Shown piece after piece: positions 44,401 through 55,008 of a stretch of DNA of 64,000 nucleotides. Positions within the stretch are counted from its first letter, which is position 1. The number at the start of each line of letters is the position of its first letter. Made by a program: the position numbers and the translations under genes. This DNA is from a virus. Taxonomy: Duplodnaviria > Caudoviricetes. The stretch spans positions 1 to 64,000 of the IMG/VR virus record IMGVR_UViG_3300028048_000121; one strand, written 5' to 3'. The notes beneath the pieces were generated by a model. The model was not told the origin of the DNA and did not search any database. It saw only the letters and a program-made list of their open reading frames with translations.

Positions 44401-45428
44401 TTTACCCAATATCTTTCATATTTATCATTTGATATTTTCATATTATATAAATTTGGATATTGAGATAAACTTTTATCTTCATATGGAAGATAATTTTTTA
44501 CTTCTACTTTTGGAATAGTTTGTTTATGTCTAATATCATAATTTTCAATTTTATTATAAATCTCATATGAATTATTTACTAATTCATCATAATCTAATTC
44601 AGATGGAGCAATATTTTCTTTTATATCATTTTCATCTTGAAGATATGTATATTCATAAAATGCATCAACTTCACGTTCTCCACCTTTTGAATTAAGATAT
44701 GCTTTATGAACAAATCTATCTTCTTTTTTAAGATAATGAGCATCTGACCCAAGAACCATTTTACATTTAAATGCGGCAGCCACAGCTTTAAGACGCCTAT
44801 TAACCGCAATTTGTTCGTTTGATTGACCTGGTGCACATTCAATATAGAAGTCTTCATTAAAAAGATTTTTACACCATAAAATAAATTTTACAATATTATT
44901 ATGGGCTTCTGTAATTCCTATTGTATCTTTATGTTTTTCAGCTTTAATAAGATTTAAAACTTGTGATGATACTTCTCCGCCTAAACAAGCTGTTGTTGCA
45001 ATTAAACTATTTGGATATTTATTAACAATTTCCTCAAGTTCATCATAAATAGTTGGAACTCTTTCAAGTCCTCTATCCCAATAGCTGTTCATCCACGCCC
45101 TTGAAGATAATTCTCTTAATGCTCTAAAACCAGTTTTATTTTTTGCAATCAAAATAAAATGATAATATTTTTGACCCATTTCTCTATTTGGCGTTAAATA
45201 TATTTCATTACCTAGTGCAACTTTAAAATCTGGATGTTCTTTTAATATATCTTGAGCATAAAAATTTGCTTGCGGCGCCCCCGATAGACATTCATGATCC
45301 GTAAGTGCCAATCCGCATAAACCTATTTCTATCGCTCTATCTATAAGAGCTGGAATTTTTATTATACTATCAAGCAAACGAATATTTGAGTATTCACTGT
45401 GCGAGTGCGGCTCAAAGCGTTTTATCAT
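41454..45428 (-). CDS. dnaE: DNA polymerase III alpha subunit (family C, with PHP domain)
   Basis: HSHSEYS, LTDH, GRGS, DIDID, H.SGV, K.DFL, YSFS..HA; no TAG in 1324 codons. Confidence 0.93.
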   Translation of the reverse strand: MIKRFEPHSHSEYSNIRLLDSIIKIPALIDRAIEIGLCGLALTDHECLSGAPQANFYAQDILKEHPDFKVALGNEIYLTPNREMGQKYYHFILIAKNKTGFRALRELSSRAWMNSYWDRGLERVPTIYDELEEIVNKYPNSLIATTACLGGEVSSQVLNLIKAEKHKDTIGITEAHNNIVKFILWCKNLFNEDFYIECAPGQSNEQIAVNRRLKAVAAAFKCKMVLGSDAHYLKKEDRFVHKAYLNSKGGEREVDAFYEYTYLQDENDIKENIAPSELDYDELVNNSYEIYNKIENYDIRHKQTIPKVEVKNYLPYEDKSLSQYPNLYNMKISNDKYERYWVNECLIKLKQLNKDNDIYLSRLEEEADIKKTISKKLETNMFSYPITLQHYVDLFWECGSTVGAGRGSSCSGLNHYLLGITQLDPIQWELPFWRYLNRDRVELGDIDIDLCPSKRPLILQEIKKERGANFSNEIDELSRKNLGCTLIATFGTEGTKSAILTACRGYRGQGSGYTVSGPTNENEDGWITDYRDGIDVDTAQYLSSLIPSERGFLWPLKDVVYGNKDKDRKPITAFINEINKYPGLLDIAMAIEGIVNKRSSHASGVILFDEDPYEFGCFMKTPKGEIITQWDLHNCEACGMTKYDFLVTEVQDKIAETIRLLQKYNKIDSNLTLREVYNKYLHPEVLPLDKKEIWKALQEGSVLNIFQFDSDVGSQAAKKIKPTNILEMADANGLMRLMTAEKGAETPMEKYIRYKNNLSLWYQEMDRAGLTKEEQTAVEPYFKQSYGVPPSQEQLMRMLMDDKICGFSLKEANAARKIVGKKQMAKIPELHQQILDKATSPALGKYIWECGVGPQMGYSFSIIHALAYSFIGVQTIYIATHWNPIYWNTACLIVNSASLEDEEDDDDDGNTKDKSTDYSKLAKAIGDITSRGIKVSLIDINKSGFSFEPDEINNEILFGLKGVNKIGGPVIDQIISGRPYKGIIDFMSRCPLNKTQMVSLIKSGAFDKIDNKWASKICKENPRYSIMAYYISLICDPKKRLTLQNFNGLLKSGLVPEELNKQKQVFVFNKFLKDNKKVGKYYVFDEGSLNFYSQYYDLNELDVINGITCILQTKWDKIYQKEMDEARNWLKENQNEVLNQYNNLLFNETWNKYATGNISAWEMESLCFYYHEHELANIDKHKYGIVNFSTLSYEPEIDYFFKRAGRDIPIFKLYKIAGTIISKNNTKASVMVLTTEGVVNVKFTKEYYAMYNRQISEVQTDGSKKVLEKGWFSRGTKIMVTGYRREDTFVAKTYKTTSTHQLYRIVNINGSNMTLEHERINIKE

Positions 45429-45486
45429 TACTCTACTACCTCTTTCATTATATTATATTTATATTATAATATAAATTAATAAAAAA

Positions 45487-45691
45487 GTCAAGCGAGTTGC
45501 CCCGCTTGACTCGAATCAAAAATAAATATTAATTTACGTTGTCCATTGGAGTGTACCTCCTATAAAGTATTAAGGTATTAATTACAAAAATATTAAATTA
45601 CTGCAAATTACCTGTACATTGGACCGTACCTCTCTTTCATAATATTTATTTCTTACAATTATATTATACCAAAAATTTTTTATTTTGTCAA
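45487..45691 (-). ncRNA. self-contained small transcript with two SD-led minigenes (MYR at 45608-45619; MDNVN at 45529-45546), copy 1
   Basis: TTGACA-N17-TATAAT; GAGAGG and GGAGG SDs; terminator GTCAAGCGGG-GCAA-CTCGCTTGAC-T6. Confidence 0.6.
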
Positions 45692-45698
45692 ATTTTAT

Positions 45699-46154
45699 TT
45701 AAATTGGATAATTTAATTCTTTACATTTTATACCATGTGAACAAAAATAATCTTGTAAAGCAACTCTTTCACTACATAAATTATTTGGCGCTTCATAAAC
45801 TATTAAAACAATAGTATCTTTATTAAATTTATTTAAACAAAATTCAAATGCTTTTATCATTTTATCAAAATCAACAGTTTCAAGTAATTGTCGGTATTCT
45901 TTCATTGTAGGACAATTTCCTTGTAAAATGTTTTTATTTTCACAGGGACAATAATGAGTTCCCTGAGACTGGACTATAAGAGGTTCATATCGAAGTCCGC
46001 ATACTATTCCTCTTTTATCTCTATAATATTCTTCGCCTTGAGGCGGGCGGTACCAGTCTGGATCGCGGAGGCAGGTTGAAACAGGTATGAGATTAGGGGT
46101 AAAGTTCCTAATCTGATAAAAATAGCTAGTTTTTATTTTTATCATTATATTCAT
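45699..46154 (-). CDS. DUF488-like protein, copy 1
   Basis: TSYFYQIRNF..VL.VYEAPNNLCSER; highly similar to the 47133 gene. Confidence 0.7.
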   Translation of the reverse strand: MNIMIKIKTSYFYQIRNFTPNLIPVSTCLRDPDWYRPPQGEEYYRDKRGIVCGLRYEPLIVQSQGTHYCPCENKNILQGNCPTMKEYRQLLETVDFDKMIKAFEFCLNKFNKDTIVLIVYEAPNNLCSERVALQDYFCSHGIKCKELNYPI

Positions 46155-46331
46155 TTATCGCTTTCTTTAAAACTTCTTTTGGTATTATTTCATAATTTCT
46201 TTTATTAAACCAATAATATCCAGGTTTATCTTCTACTGTTTCAAAAGTAAAAATTATTTCAATTTCCTTCAATCAATCTTCTTAATTCGCTTTCTTCTAC
46301 TAATCTATATTTTTTCATAAAATCCCCTTAT

Positions 46332-46685
46332 TTAATAATATCCTACTTTATCATACATTTGAGCATATGTTTTTACATGATTATGAGTTAAAACACCTAA
46401 TAATGTTTCTTTATCATCTTCTTCTTTTATATATATACGTGCTGTATCTGTAGTGATAGCAGAACGTCCTTTAGGTCTAGTTAATCGTTTAGCGCAATTC
46501 TCAATTCTTTTCATATCAGTCGTGTTTAACTCCATCCGACCTTCTGTTCCCACTACTACAAAGATAGGTTTTCCATTTTTAAATATAGGTTTGGTGTCTT
46601 TTATTTTACCGCACCATTTAATACTATATTCTTCATGCACGTCTGTTACTATAAGGTGACTCTTTATATTAATTTCTTCTATCAT
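46332..46685 (-). CDS. hypothetical protein
   Basis: 117-aa ORF with SD. Confidence 0.65.
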   Translation of the reverse strand: MIEEINIKSHLIVTDVHEEYSIKWCGKIKDTKPIFKNGKPIFVVVGTEGRMELNTTDMKRIENCAKRLTRPKGRSAITTDTARIYIKEEDDKETLLGVLTHNHVKTYAQMYDKVGYY

Positions 46686-46686
46686 T

Positions 46687-46893
46687 TTATTTCTCCAAAG
46701 AATTAAAAAAATCCATTATATCATTACTTACTTCTCTTGTAATTATGTTCTCACTTCGAGGAGCATCTTTAGATTTGTGATAAGGATGAATTTCCTTCCA
46801 GCATTTTAGCATATGCTTTCTAACTTTATCTTCTATTTTAAATTCTTTACTACAAGTTGGACATACATACATTTTATTATTTACCTCTTTCAT
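46687..46893 (-). CDS. small zinc-finger protein
   Basis: YVCPTC.K.F......H..KC. Confidence 0.6.
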   Translation of the reverse strand: MKEVNNKMYVCPTCSKEFKIEDKVRKHMLKCWKEIHPYHKSKDAPRSENIITREVSNDIMDFFNSLEK

Positions 46894-46932
46894 TTATATT
46901 ATATTTATATTATAATATAATAAAATAAAAAA

Positions 46933-47125
46933 GTCAAGTGGGAAACAATCCCACTTGACATATAAAATAAATATTTTTAAGCTACATTGTCCATTGGAGT
47001 GCCCTCCATAATTCTTGTTGAAGCGTCTACGGGTTACAAATTATTTAGCCCATTGGACCGTACCTCTCTTTCGTAATATTTATTTCTTATAATTATATTA
47101 TATCAAAAATTTTTGAAGTTGTCAA
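46933..47125 (-). ncRNA. self-contained small transcript with two SD-led minigenes (MG at 47045-47053; MDNVA at 46977-46994), copy 2
   Basis: Same architecture as copy 1; terminator GTCAAGTGGGA..TCCCACTTGAC followed by a T-run. Confidence 0.6.
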
Positions 47126-47132
47126 ATTTTAT

Positions 47133-47579
47133 TTAAATTGGATAATTTAATTCTTTACAATTTATACCATGTGAACAAAAATATTCTTGTAGACACTTTC
47201 GTTCACTACATAAATTATTGGGAGCTTCATATACCATTAAAACTATAATATCTTTATTAAATTTATTTAAACAAAATTCAAATGCTTTTATCATTTTGTC
47301 AAAATCAATAGTTTCAAGTAATTGTCTATATTCTTGCATAGTAGGACAGCTACCTTTTAATATTTCTTTTTCTTCGCATGGGCAATAATGCGTTCCCTGA
47401 GATTGGACTATAAGAGGTTCATAGCGGAGACCGCATATTATTCCTTTTTTGTCTATATAATATTCTTTTCCTATTGGCGGTTTAAACCATTTAGGATCTG
47501 ATAGACAAGTTGAAACTGGCACCATATTTTGTTTAAAATTACGAATTTGATAAAAGTATGAAGTATATATTTTTATCAT
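47133..47579 (-). CDS. DUF488-like protein, copy 2
   Basis: Paralog of 45699..46154. Confidence 0.7.
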   Translation of the reverse strand: MIKIYTSYFYQIRNFKQNMVPVSTCLSDPKWFKPPIGKEYYIDKKGIICGLRYEPLIVQSQGTHYCPCEEKEILKGSCPTMQEYRQLLETIDFDKMIKAFEFCLNKFNKDIIVLMVYEAPNNLCSERKCLQEYFCSHGINCKELNYPI

Positions 47580-47965
47580 TAATAATATCTTAGAGGAGCT
47601 GAGTAATAAGGAAATAAAAATTGCATTTGATTGGAATATAATAATTGTTGTTTACAACTATTTAATCTTTCTTGCAACATTTTAAATTCCATATCATGCA
47701 ATCTTAAATCAGCTAGTATTTTTGCTTGAACATCAGAAGAAGGAACTTCATCTACTTTATAATATTTTCTCATAATTTCATTTTCTTGAGAAAGCTTATC
47801 TATTTCAATGACCCGATTATTTAATGTGGTATTATTATTTTTTAAAATATTATTTTCTTCTTTTAAATCATCAATTGTTTTTTGAAGCTCATCGCAACTT
47901 TTTTGCCAAAAAGCCAAATCTCTCTCTAAGGATTCAATTTTCTTTTTATATTTATTAAAAAACAT
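47579..47965 (-). CDS. coiled-coil hypothetical protein
   Basis: Heptad pattern; TAATG overlap with the next gene. Confidence 0.65.
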   Translation of the reverse strand: MFFNKYKKKIESLERDLAFWQKSCDELQKTIDDLKEENNILKNNNTTLNNRVIEIDKLSQENEIMRKYYKVDEVPSSDVQAKILADLRLHDMEFKMLQERLNSCKQQLLYSNQMQFLFPYYSAPLRYY

Positions 47966-48141
47966 TTAATTTAGAACCTCATTTAATTTATTTATAATAT
48001 TCGTACTTTAAATTAATCCATTCAATAAATTTTTCAGTTGATTCATTATATAAATCATTATAAATATCAATTTCCTCATCAGATAATAAGTCAAAAACAA
48101 CTTTCATTTTGTCAATAAAAATAATTATATCATTCATATTG

Positions 48142-49323
48142 TCACCTTACCAATACTAATTTTTCACTAGCTCTTGTACAAGCTGTATATAACCATCGAA
48201 TATGTTCTTTTTTATCAAAAGGAAAAGATTCCTCCAAAACGAGAACTTTAGACCACTCTGACCCCTGTGACTTGTGGCATGTAATCGCATATGCATAAGT
48301 AAATTCCTTCGGCACTATTTCACCATATCCAAGCTTCAGTTTTCCAAGTTTATAAGACAGCTTCCAATCACAACATTTAACTCCAGACATAATCATTTGT
48401 CTATCCATTTCTGTCATTAAATACACATCATCCATATCTGGAATAACCAAATCTCCCATTAATACATCAAATTTTCTAATATTACTTTTTACAAACCGCG
48501 GGATTTGTCTCCAAGTTTGAAAACTGTTTTGAAGAATACCAATAGTACCATTAATTAGTGGGTCTCCTTTATTACTAAGGTCATCCCAATAATTACGTAG
48601 ACAAATCATTTTATCTCCGTCTACAGGATAGTCTGGATGGTTTAACAACTGTCTCATTTGATTATTAATAGATTCACGTTTAGCATTTGTTGCAGTTAAT
48701 ACTTGATCTGCCCACTGTAATGCTCCAGTATTAAGTTGAGAGTATGGAATGATTTTTACTTCTTTCCCATCATAATAATCAATTGGTTCATTGTTTCTAA
48801 TTTTCATTGTAAGTCGAATAATTTCTGATTCTTGCGCTTGCCGCATAATTTCATCCAGAAAAATATGAGGATGGTCTAATAGATGATTATCTTCATCCTT
48901 ATCTATTGGCGGCAACTGACCAGGATCACCTAAACAAATTACATATACATTATGAGTAAATAATAAATCTATTAATGTTTTAGGAGCCATACTTACTTCA
49001 TCAACGACGATAATACTATAATCTAATTGCGGTTTTGGTTTTCTAAAAAATCCACCATCAGGCTTTGGAATGGATTCATATAAAAGTTTATGTAAAGTAC
49101 AAGCATTTTTATTACCTTTTTTGCGAAGAACCTCTGCAGCCTTACCAGTGAAAGCACAATAACATACATTATCTTCATCAACATCTAAAGCTTCAATAAT
49201 AAATCGCACAAGCGTACTTTTTCCACTACCCGCGTAACCACTAATTACTGTATATTTTTTACCTGCGTTATATCTATCTATTGAAATTAATAATCCTTCT
49301 GCTTGTTTTTTTGTTAAAATCAT
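48142..49323 (-). CDS. RecD/Dda-like SF1B helicase
   Basis: GYAGSGKS, DEVSM, GDPGQLPP, ITCHKSQGSEW, YTA.TRA. Confidence 0.9.
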   Translation of the reverse strand: MILTKKQAEGLLISIDRYNAGKKYTVISGYAGSGKSTLVRFIIEALDVDEDNVCYCAFTGKAAEVLRKKGNKNACTLHKLLYESIPKPDGGFFRKPKPQLDYSIIVVDEVSMAPKTLIDLLFTHNVYVICLGDPGQLPPIDKDEDNHLLDHPHIFLDEIMRQAQESEIIRLTMKIRNNEPIDYYDGKEVKIIPYSQLNTGALQWADQVLTATNAKRESINNQMRQLLNHPDYPVDGDKMICLRNYWDDLSNKGDPLINGTIGILQNSFQTWRQIPRFVKSNIRKFDVLMGDLVIPDMDDVYLMTEMDRQMIMSGVKCCDWKLSYKLGKLKLGYGEIVPKEFTYAYAITCHKSQGSEWSKVLVLEESFPFDKKEHIRWLYTACTRASEKLVLVR

Positions 49324-49460
49324 TTAATTTACTCCCTATAATTTTCTCTTATATATATTATATCAAAAAATAAGAAAAAAATCAAATTAAGAAAATGCGT
49401 TTGAAAAAATCCAAACGCATTTTTTGTTTCCATGTTAGTGGTCATATACGCGCCGAGCAA

Positions 49461-49676
49461 TTAAGAAGATACTCCTAATGAATCTAAAAAATTTGCTATA
49501 TGCATAGCACAAGTAGGACATATTTCAATATTAGATAATTCTATGTCAGATTTAAATTTAGCTAATTTAATTCCATTTTTCATTGCATATATATATTTAT
49601 TGGTTGGAATTGACATTGTTATAAATTTATTGTCTTCACATACTTTTTTACATATATCGCATTTATAAACTATCAT
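49461..49676 (-). CDS. small Zn-binding hypothetical protein
   Basis: CDIC...ICPTC. Confidence 0.6.
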   Translation of the reverse strand: MIVYKCDICKKVCEDNKFITMSIPTNKYIYAMKNGIKLAKFKSDIELSNIEICPTCAMHIANFLDSLGVSS

Positions 49677-49689
49677 TTTTTATTTCCTT

Positions 49690-50376
49690 TTATAAATATT
49701 CCCAATGATAACCACCGCTTGTTTTTTGAGCGCCTCTACAGGTTGCGGCTATTCCAGTGTGTGCAATCCCTGTTTTTTGGCTAGCTTCACGAGTTGATTG
49801 AAAAATTTGATTTAATTCAATACATAAACATTTTTTACCATTACTATGTTTACCATAATTAGGGTTGTTTGAGCCAGACATTCTTTTACTATGATTAATT
49901 TTCCATTCTTCATCATGTTTTATTTGTGGAGATGGATGAGTTTTCCAATACTATTTTAAAAATATAGAATGTTCTTTTCTTCTTTTCTAACCTTCTTTAG
50001 TTTGATAATATTCTTTTTTTAACTAACTTTGTTTTGTTTTCCATTCTTTAGATGGATGCCAACCAGAAGTCCCCTAACCACCTTCGGTTAAATTATAATG
50101 ATTTGGATTTTTAAAACTATTATAATGATTTATCCAAAATTTTTCTCTATCAGAAGCAATTAATGAATATTGCTCTTCAGGGATGTTTTCTATAATAGAT
50201 AGTATAAAATTATCCTTTCCATATTTATTAATAGCATGATTTAATGCCGCACATCCTTTTCTATTATATTTTGCCTCAGATAAATGTGTACTCCAACGAT
50301 TTTCAATATTTTTGGCCTTGCCAATATAAATATGATGATTTATTTTATTTTCAATTTTATAAATTCCACAACTCAT
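49690..50376 (-). CDS. GIY-YIG homing endonuclease with NUMOD-type tail; 4 TAGs
   Basis: GIYKI..YIG..YNLTEGG*G, G.NNPNYGK, F.S.REA...I...CRG..KT.GGY.W. Confidence 0.85.
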
Positions 50377-52157
50377 TAAAAATAATACCCCTCATCTATA
50401 ATTTCAATATTTTCAACAATTAATTGAGGATAAATTTTATTATTCCAAAAATTTTGATTGCATTTGCAAATTGCATTTGCTTCTTTAAATTTATCTGGTT
50501 GAACAGTAAATTTTTCAATCTATTCTTCAGTTCCATTAAACTTAATAATAGATAATCCATTTTTAAGATTAAATTTTAAAGTATTACTTTTCATTATTTG
50601 AAAATTAGAATTTGTAATTTTAAAATTAATATTTACATAAGCTCTATCAATATCTTGTCCCCAATAGTCATTCATGTTTGCAATATCTAATATTGTTTGA
50701 TTATTATTTTCATTTTCTTTAAAATCATAATCAATTCTGTAAATAGGCTCAATAGATACATCTTCTAATAGTTGATCAATATGATAAAGAAAATTATTAA
50801 CTTGATTTCCTTTTATTCCAATACCATGTGCATTATCATGTCCTTCTACATAAATTACTTCAGGACATTGTTCAAGAATTTCTTTAAAACTATTAATTCC
50901 AGTTTTTGTATATCCGCGTCCAGAACCTTCATATGTTTCCTCACCTTTTCTATTGGTTCTCGTTAATAAACAACATGGTCTTTGATATTTTGCCATAAAT
51001 TTATTTGCAATCAAACCGCGAATTTCAGAATCAATTTGACCAGGTTCTAATAAAAATAAAAGAATTTTATGGTCAAGCATATGATTAGTTTCAATCATTT
51101 TCTCTAACATAGCCAAACCTGCATCTTCTGCTCTTGTCTGTCTATTTTTAACATTTGTAACTATTCTAATTGCTTGTAAAATTAATTTTTCTGTCTCTCC
51201 TAATTTATGTCCATGTTTATTTGAAATAACTTCTTCAAATGCTTTATGATTTAGCATAGCATTAAATAATAAATTTTTCTATTCTATAGTGCCACTTCTG
51301 GTAATAGCATTAACAAAAGGAACAATAAAAAAGGCGGCGCCGATAGAAGTACAACTCATATCAGAATTAGAAGGAATATAGTCTGGTTTAGTTAATGGAA
51401 AAGAGTTTTTATCAAGCATATAATCAATAAAAGGATTTTTTATATTCTATTTTTTAAATCCTTTTGTAATTAAATAGCGAGTTTCAAATGAACGTAAACT
51501 CATCATATCTGCATCTAATCCAAGAGCAACTAAATCAATAAAATTATCAGCATAATTTACATTTAATATACTATCTATATATCGACAAAATTGCCAGACT
51601 ACGCCAACACCAGATAATTCTTTATTAGGATAATCAGATAATTGATTATTAATAATTACTGCATATTCACTAATATGATCTGCTAAATGGTGGTCTAATA
51701 CTAATACTCCTATTCCTTTTTTAAATAGTTGATAATGATAATCATAATCATTGCTACTTGAATCTGGACAAATTACTAATGAATAATTATTAGATATTTT
51801 ATTTATACAATCAGATAAGCCATGCTGCTTACTATCATGCATTATCCATGTTAAATGATTATTAATCCAAGTTGGAAATATTGAATATAAATAATTAATT
51901 AAAAGGGCGGCTGATGTATATCCATCGCAATCACAGTCTACAACAATTAAAGCATTTTGATTCTTTGATATTGTATTAAGTAATAATTTTAATCCATCTT
52001 TTAAATTTTTCTATCCTAATAATAAGGGTGAATTAATATCTTTATCTGATAAATTTATATAATGTAATATATCATTTTCTGCAATACCTCTATTATATAA
52101 AACTTGTTGAATTGCTGAAAAATTTTTATTTGGTTTATTTATTAATTCATATTTCAT
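50376..52157 (-). CDS. recJ: RecJ-like DHH ssDNA exonuclease; 4 TAGs
   Basis: VDCDCDGYTS, VLDHH, LSGVGV, GSGRG and GHDNAHG all in one frame after read-through. Confidence 0.85.
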
Positions 52158-52216
52158 TTAATTACTTCCTTTTATTTTAATATTTATATTTATTATATCA
52201 AAAAAAGAAAGAATTG

Positions 52217-52891
52217 TCAAGTCAATTCTTTCTTTTTCCAATAGTAATTTTTATATTTAGTATGTAATTCTATTGCTCTAGTTAAAGGTTCGTAACAAGT
52301 AATATTTAAATAATTTAAAGCTTCTTTTTTAGAATCAAATGTTTTTAATAAAATTTCATTATCATCAAACATTTGGATAGCAATTTTATTATTTGGTTTT
52401 CTTAATTTAGCTTTTTCACTCATAATTTTTTTAGCTTCAGTAGAATGCTTTTTGCCCTTAAAAGGATTTTCATGCGTTAAAAAATATTCTTTTTGTTGTT
52501 TGCTAAGTTTAGCTTTTTCTTTTTTACCTTTATCAGTCTAATAATACTTTTTTAAAGAATTACTAATTTTTAATTTTAATTCATCGGTTTTTTCTGGGGT
52601 TGCATCTCCACCTGCTGTTTGATTATATCCATATAAACTATTATTAGTGTTATATAAAGCAATTAATTCAATTTCTTTTTGTTTAGCCTATTGCTCTGTT
52701 AAATTTGTAAAAAGAATTTTATGCTAAAAATTATTCCATCCATATTTCTAAATTGCTTTATAAAAAATTTGTCGTTTATAGCCTAAACCATTTTTCCATC
52801 TTTTATTTGGATCTTTTTCTGATGTAATACCAATGTATTTTTTATTATTAATTTTATTAATATGAATATAAACTTGCCACTTATTTTCCAT
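52217..52891 (-). CDS. GIY-YIG homing endonuclease; 4 TAGs
   Basis: VYIH.NKIN.K.YIGIT, AI*KYGW.NF*H, GYN.T.GG, KGKKHS. Confidence 0.85.
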
Positions 52892-53996
52892 CGGCATCTA
52901 ACCTTTCTTGTAATAATTGTAAAAATATTTCTTTTCCCTTGTCAATTGGAGCATCTTTGTAATCTAATAAATTTTTAGTATCAAATATAAAACTAATATT
53001 ACAAAAATTTCTATATTTTTGAGAAATCTTTTTTAATTTATTAATCCATATTTGATATTCTTCATCTCCTATTTTTTGATATTGTCGATCAAAAGCAATT
53101 ATAATTTCTTTTACCCCTAAATTATAAAGTAATAAAAATTGATAATTTAATAGATTACTACCACAAACCGCCCCTGTAATATCATTTTCAATACCAAAAT
53201 AACTTGCATATTTTAAGCAACTTTTTTCTGATTCAAAAATAATTGCTTTTTGAAGTTTTTTTATATTCTCTTTTGAATTATTTAAATTATAAATATTAAA
53301 AGACAAAGGATGATTATATAATTTGCCATTTAAATAAGCAGGACGATATTTACCTTGTATTTGTTCATTCTCTTTGATAAGAGTTCTTTCCCTAATTCCA
53401 ATAAGATTTCCATCTATATCATAATGTGGTATTACAATACCCTCATTAATAGGATCATAACATATTCCTCTTGATTCTATAACATTAAAAGTTATATCTT
53501 CTTTTTCCCATGGAATGATGCGGGGATGAGGTAAATATCTTAATATTTTATTATCATAAACTTTTAATTCTATAATTTGCGGTTGAGTTTTTTCTTTGTT
53601 TCTTTTAAAATTATTAATAATTTGCCAATCTTCATTTGCTTCTTGATTATCTTCAAAATCAAAAGTTTCTGCTGTATATCCAAAATATTTAGCGACAAAA
53701 GCAATAGCACGAGGTAAGGAAAAATTTTGGATACCAGCAGTTTTATTTACTCTTAATACTAAATCATATATATCAAATGAAGCATCTCCGCATCCTGTGT
53801 AACAATGAAATAGATGTGTATTTGAATAGTAATAAAGTTTGTGACTCGCATTAGTTAAATCACTATTATGACATATTGTTTTACAAATAATACAATTATC
53901 TTTAAGAATTGGCTCTGCCCCTAATTCTGTTAATAAATCATAGACTTGCTCTAAAGTTAATTCTTTTTTTAATTCTTCTTTATCATATTTATACAT
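52881..53996 (-). CDS. DNA primase (DnaG-like)
   Basis: TICH..KLYYY..FHCYTGC Zn domain; TOPRIM FESEKS..AFD; no TAG. Confidence 0.8.
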   Translation of the reverse strand: MYKYDKEELKKELTLEQVYDLLTELGAEPILKDNCIICKTICHNSDLTNASHKLYYYSNTHLFHCYTGCGDASFDIYDLVLRVNKTAGIQNFSLPRAIAFVAKYFGYTAETFDFEDNQEANEDWQIINNFKRNKEKTQPQIIELKVYDNKILRYLPHPRIIPWEKEDITFNVIESRGICYDPINEGIVIPHYDIDGNLIGIRERTLIKENEQIQGKYRPAYLNGKLYNHPLSFNIYNLNNSKENIKKLQKAIIFESEKSCLKYASYFGIENDITGAVCGSNLLNYQFLLLYNLGVKEIIIAFDRQYQKIGDEEYQIWINKLKKISQKYRNFCNISFIFDTKNLLDYKDAPIDKGKEIFLQLLQERLDADGK

Positions 53997-55008
53997 AGCT
54001 TTCTATTGCCCTATAAACAGTTCTTTCTGAACATCCAATTTGATTTGCAATTTCTTTTTTTGTAAATTTTCCAGTTAAATATAATTTATAAATTTGTTCA
54101 TATCTTTCAGATTGCATTTTTTTATTTTGTGGATTATAATTATTTCTATTATAAATAGGATATTCTTTATAGGTTTTTCCTTTTAACATATCACAAAAAG
54201 CATCATAAGATATTTTGTCAGCTACTTCGCTATTTTTCCAAATATCTTTCATAGTTAATTGGGTATTTTTATATTGAGTTCTATATTTTATAACTTGTTC
54301 TTTTGAAAATTTAAATTGTTTAATTAAATCTCCATCAACATCTTTTCTTGTTTTTCCAGTTGTTAAGGATGAAATTTGACTTGTTGTTGTATTATATTTT
54401 ATAGCTAAATCGGTCGTTGGTATACCAGATTTTCTTAATTCACGAATCTATTTTACTTGATTGTCGGTAAATTTTTTAACTCCATTTAATTTGCTTAATG
54501 GATATATTTCTTTATCACTATGCCAAGTTCTACCAGTATTTATTGCACTAATCATTCCCATTGTTGCTTGTGGAATAATTAATTGTATTTCTTTAACAGA
54601 TTTACCCTTTTTTAATTCTTCTCTTATTATTTTCGCTTCTTGCTAAGTAATTTTATGATTTGGTCTTTGTTCACCTTTTAAATGTGGATAAGTCTGTCCT
54701 CCAATAGTATGATTATATCCATTTGGAGTTATACTATTAAATTTTCTTATATAATATTGCTCTCTTTCATCCAATAAATTTTCAGAACAATATTCAATTA
54801 TTTCAAAATTAAAATCAGAATCATTTTGACTTTTCATCATATCTTGATGAATTTCCATATTTACTTCTGTTTTTAAGCTACTCTATTTATATTGATCTGG
54901 ATGTAGAAAACACCAATGACGCCATTTTCTATTTTGTAAATCTACCGCACGTCCAATATAAATTTTATTATTTTTTAAATTAGTAATTTTATAAATACCG
55001 CTTTTCAT
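53989..55008 (-). CDS. GIY-YIG endonuclease with HTH repeats; 3 TAGs
   Basis: SGIYKITN..IYIG, LDERE.YYI..PNGYN; C-terminal IA..IGCSERTV. Confidence 0.8.

Noticed and set aside
41454-45428. Intein in DnaE
   Set aside because: No C...HN/C splice motifs or LAGLIDADG blocks recognised; only a short ~20-aa insertion near GYRGQGSG.
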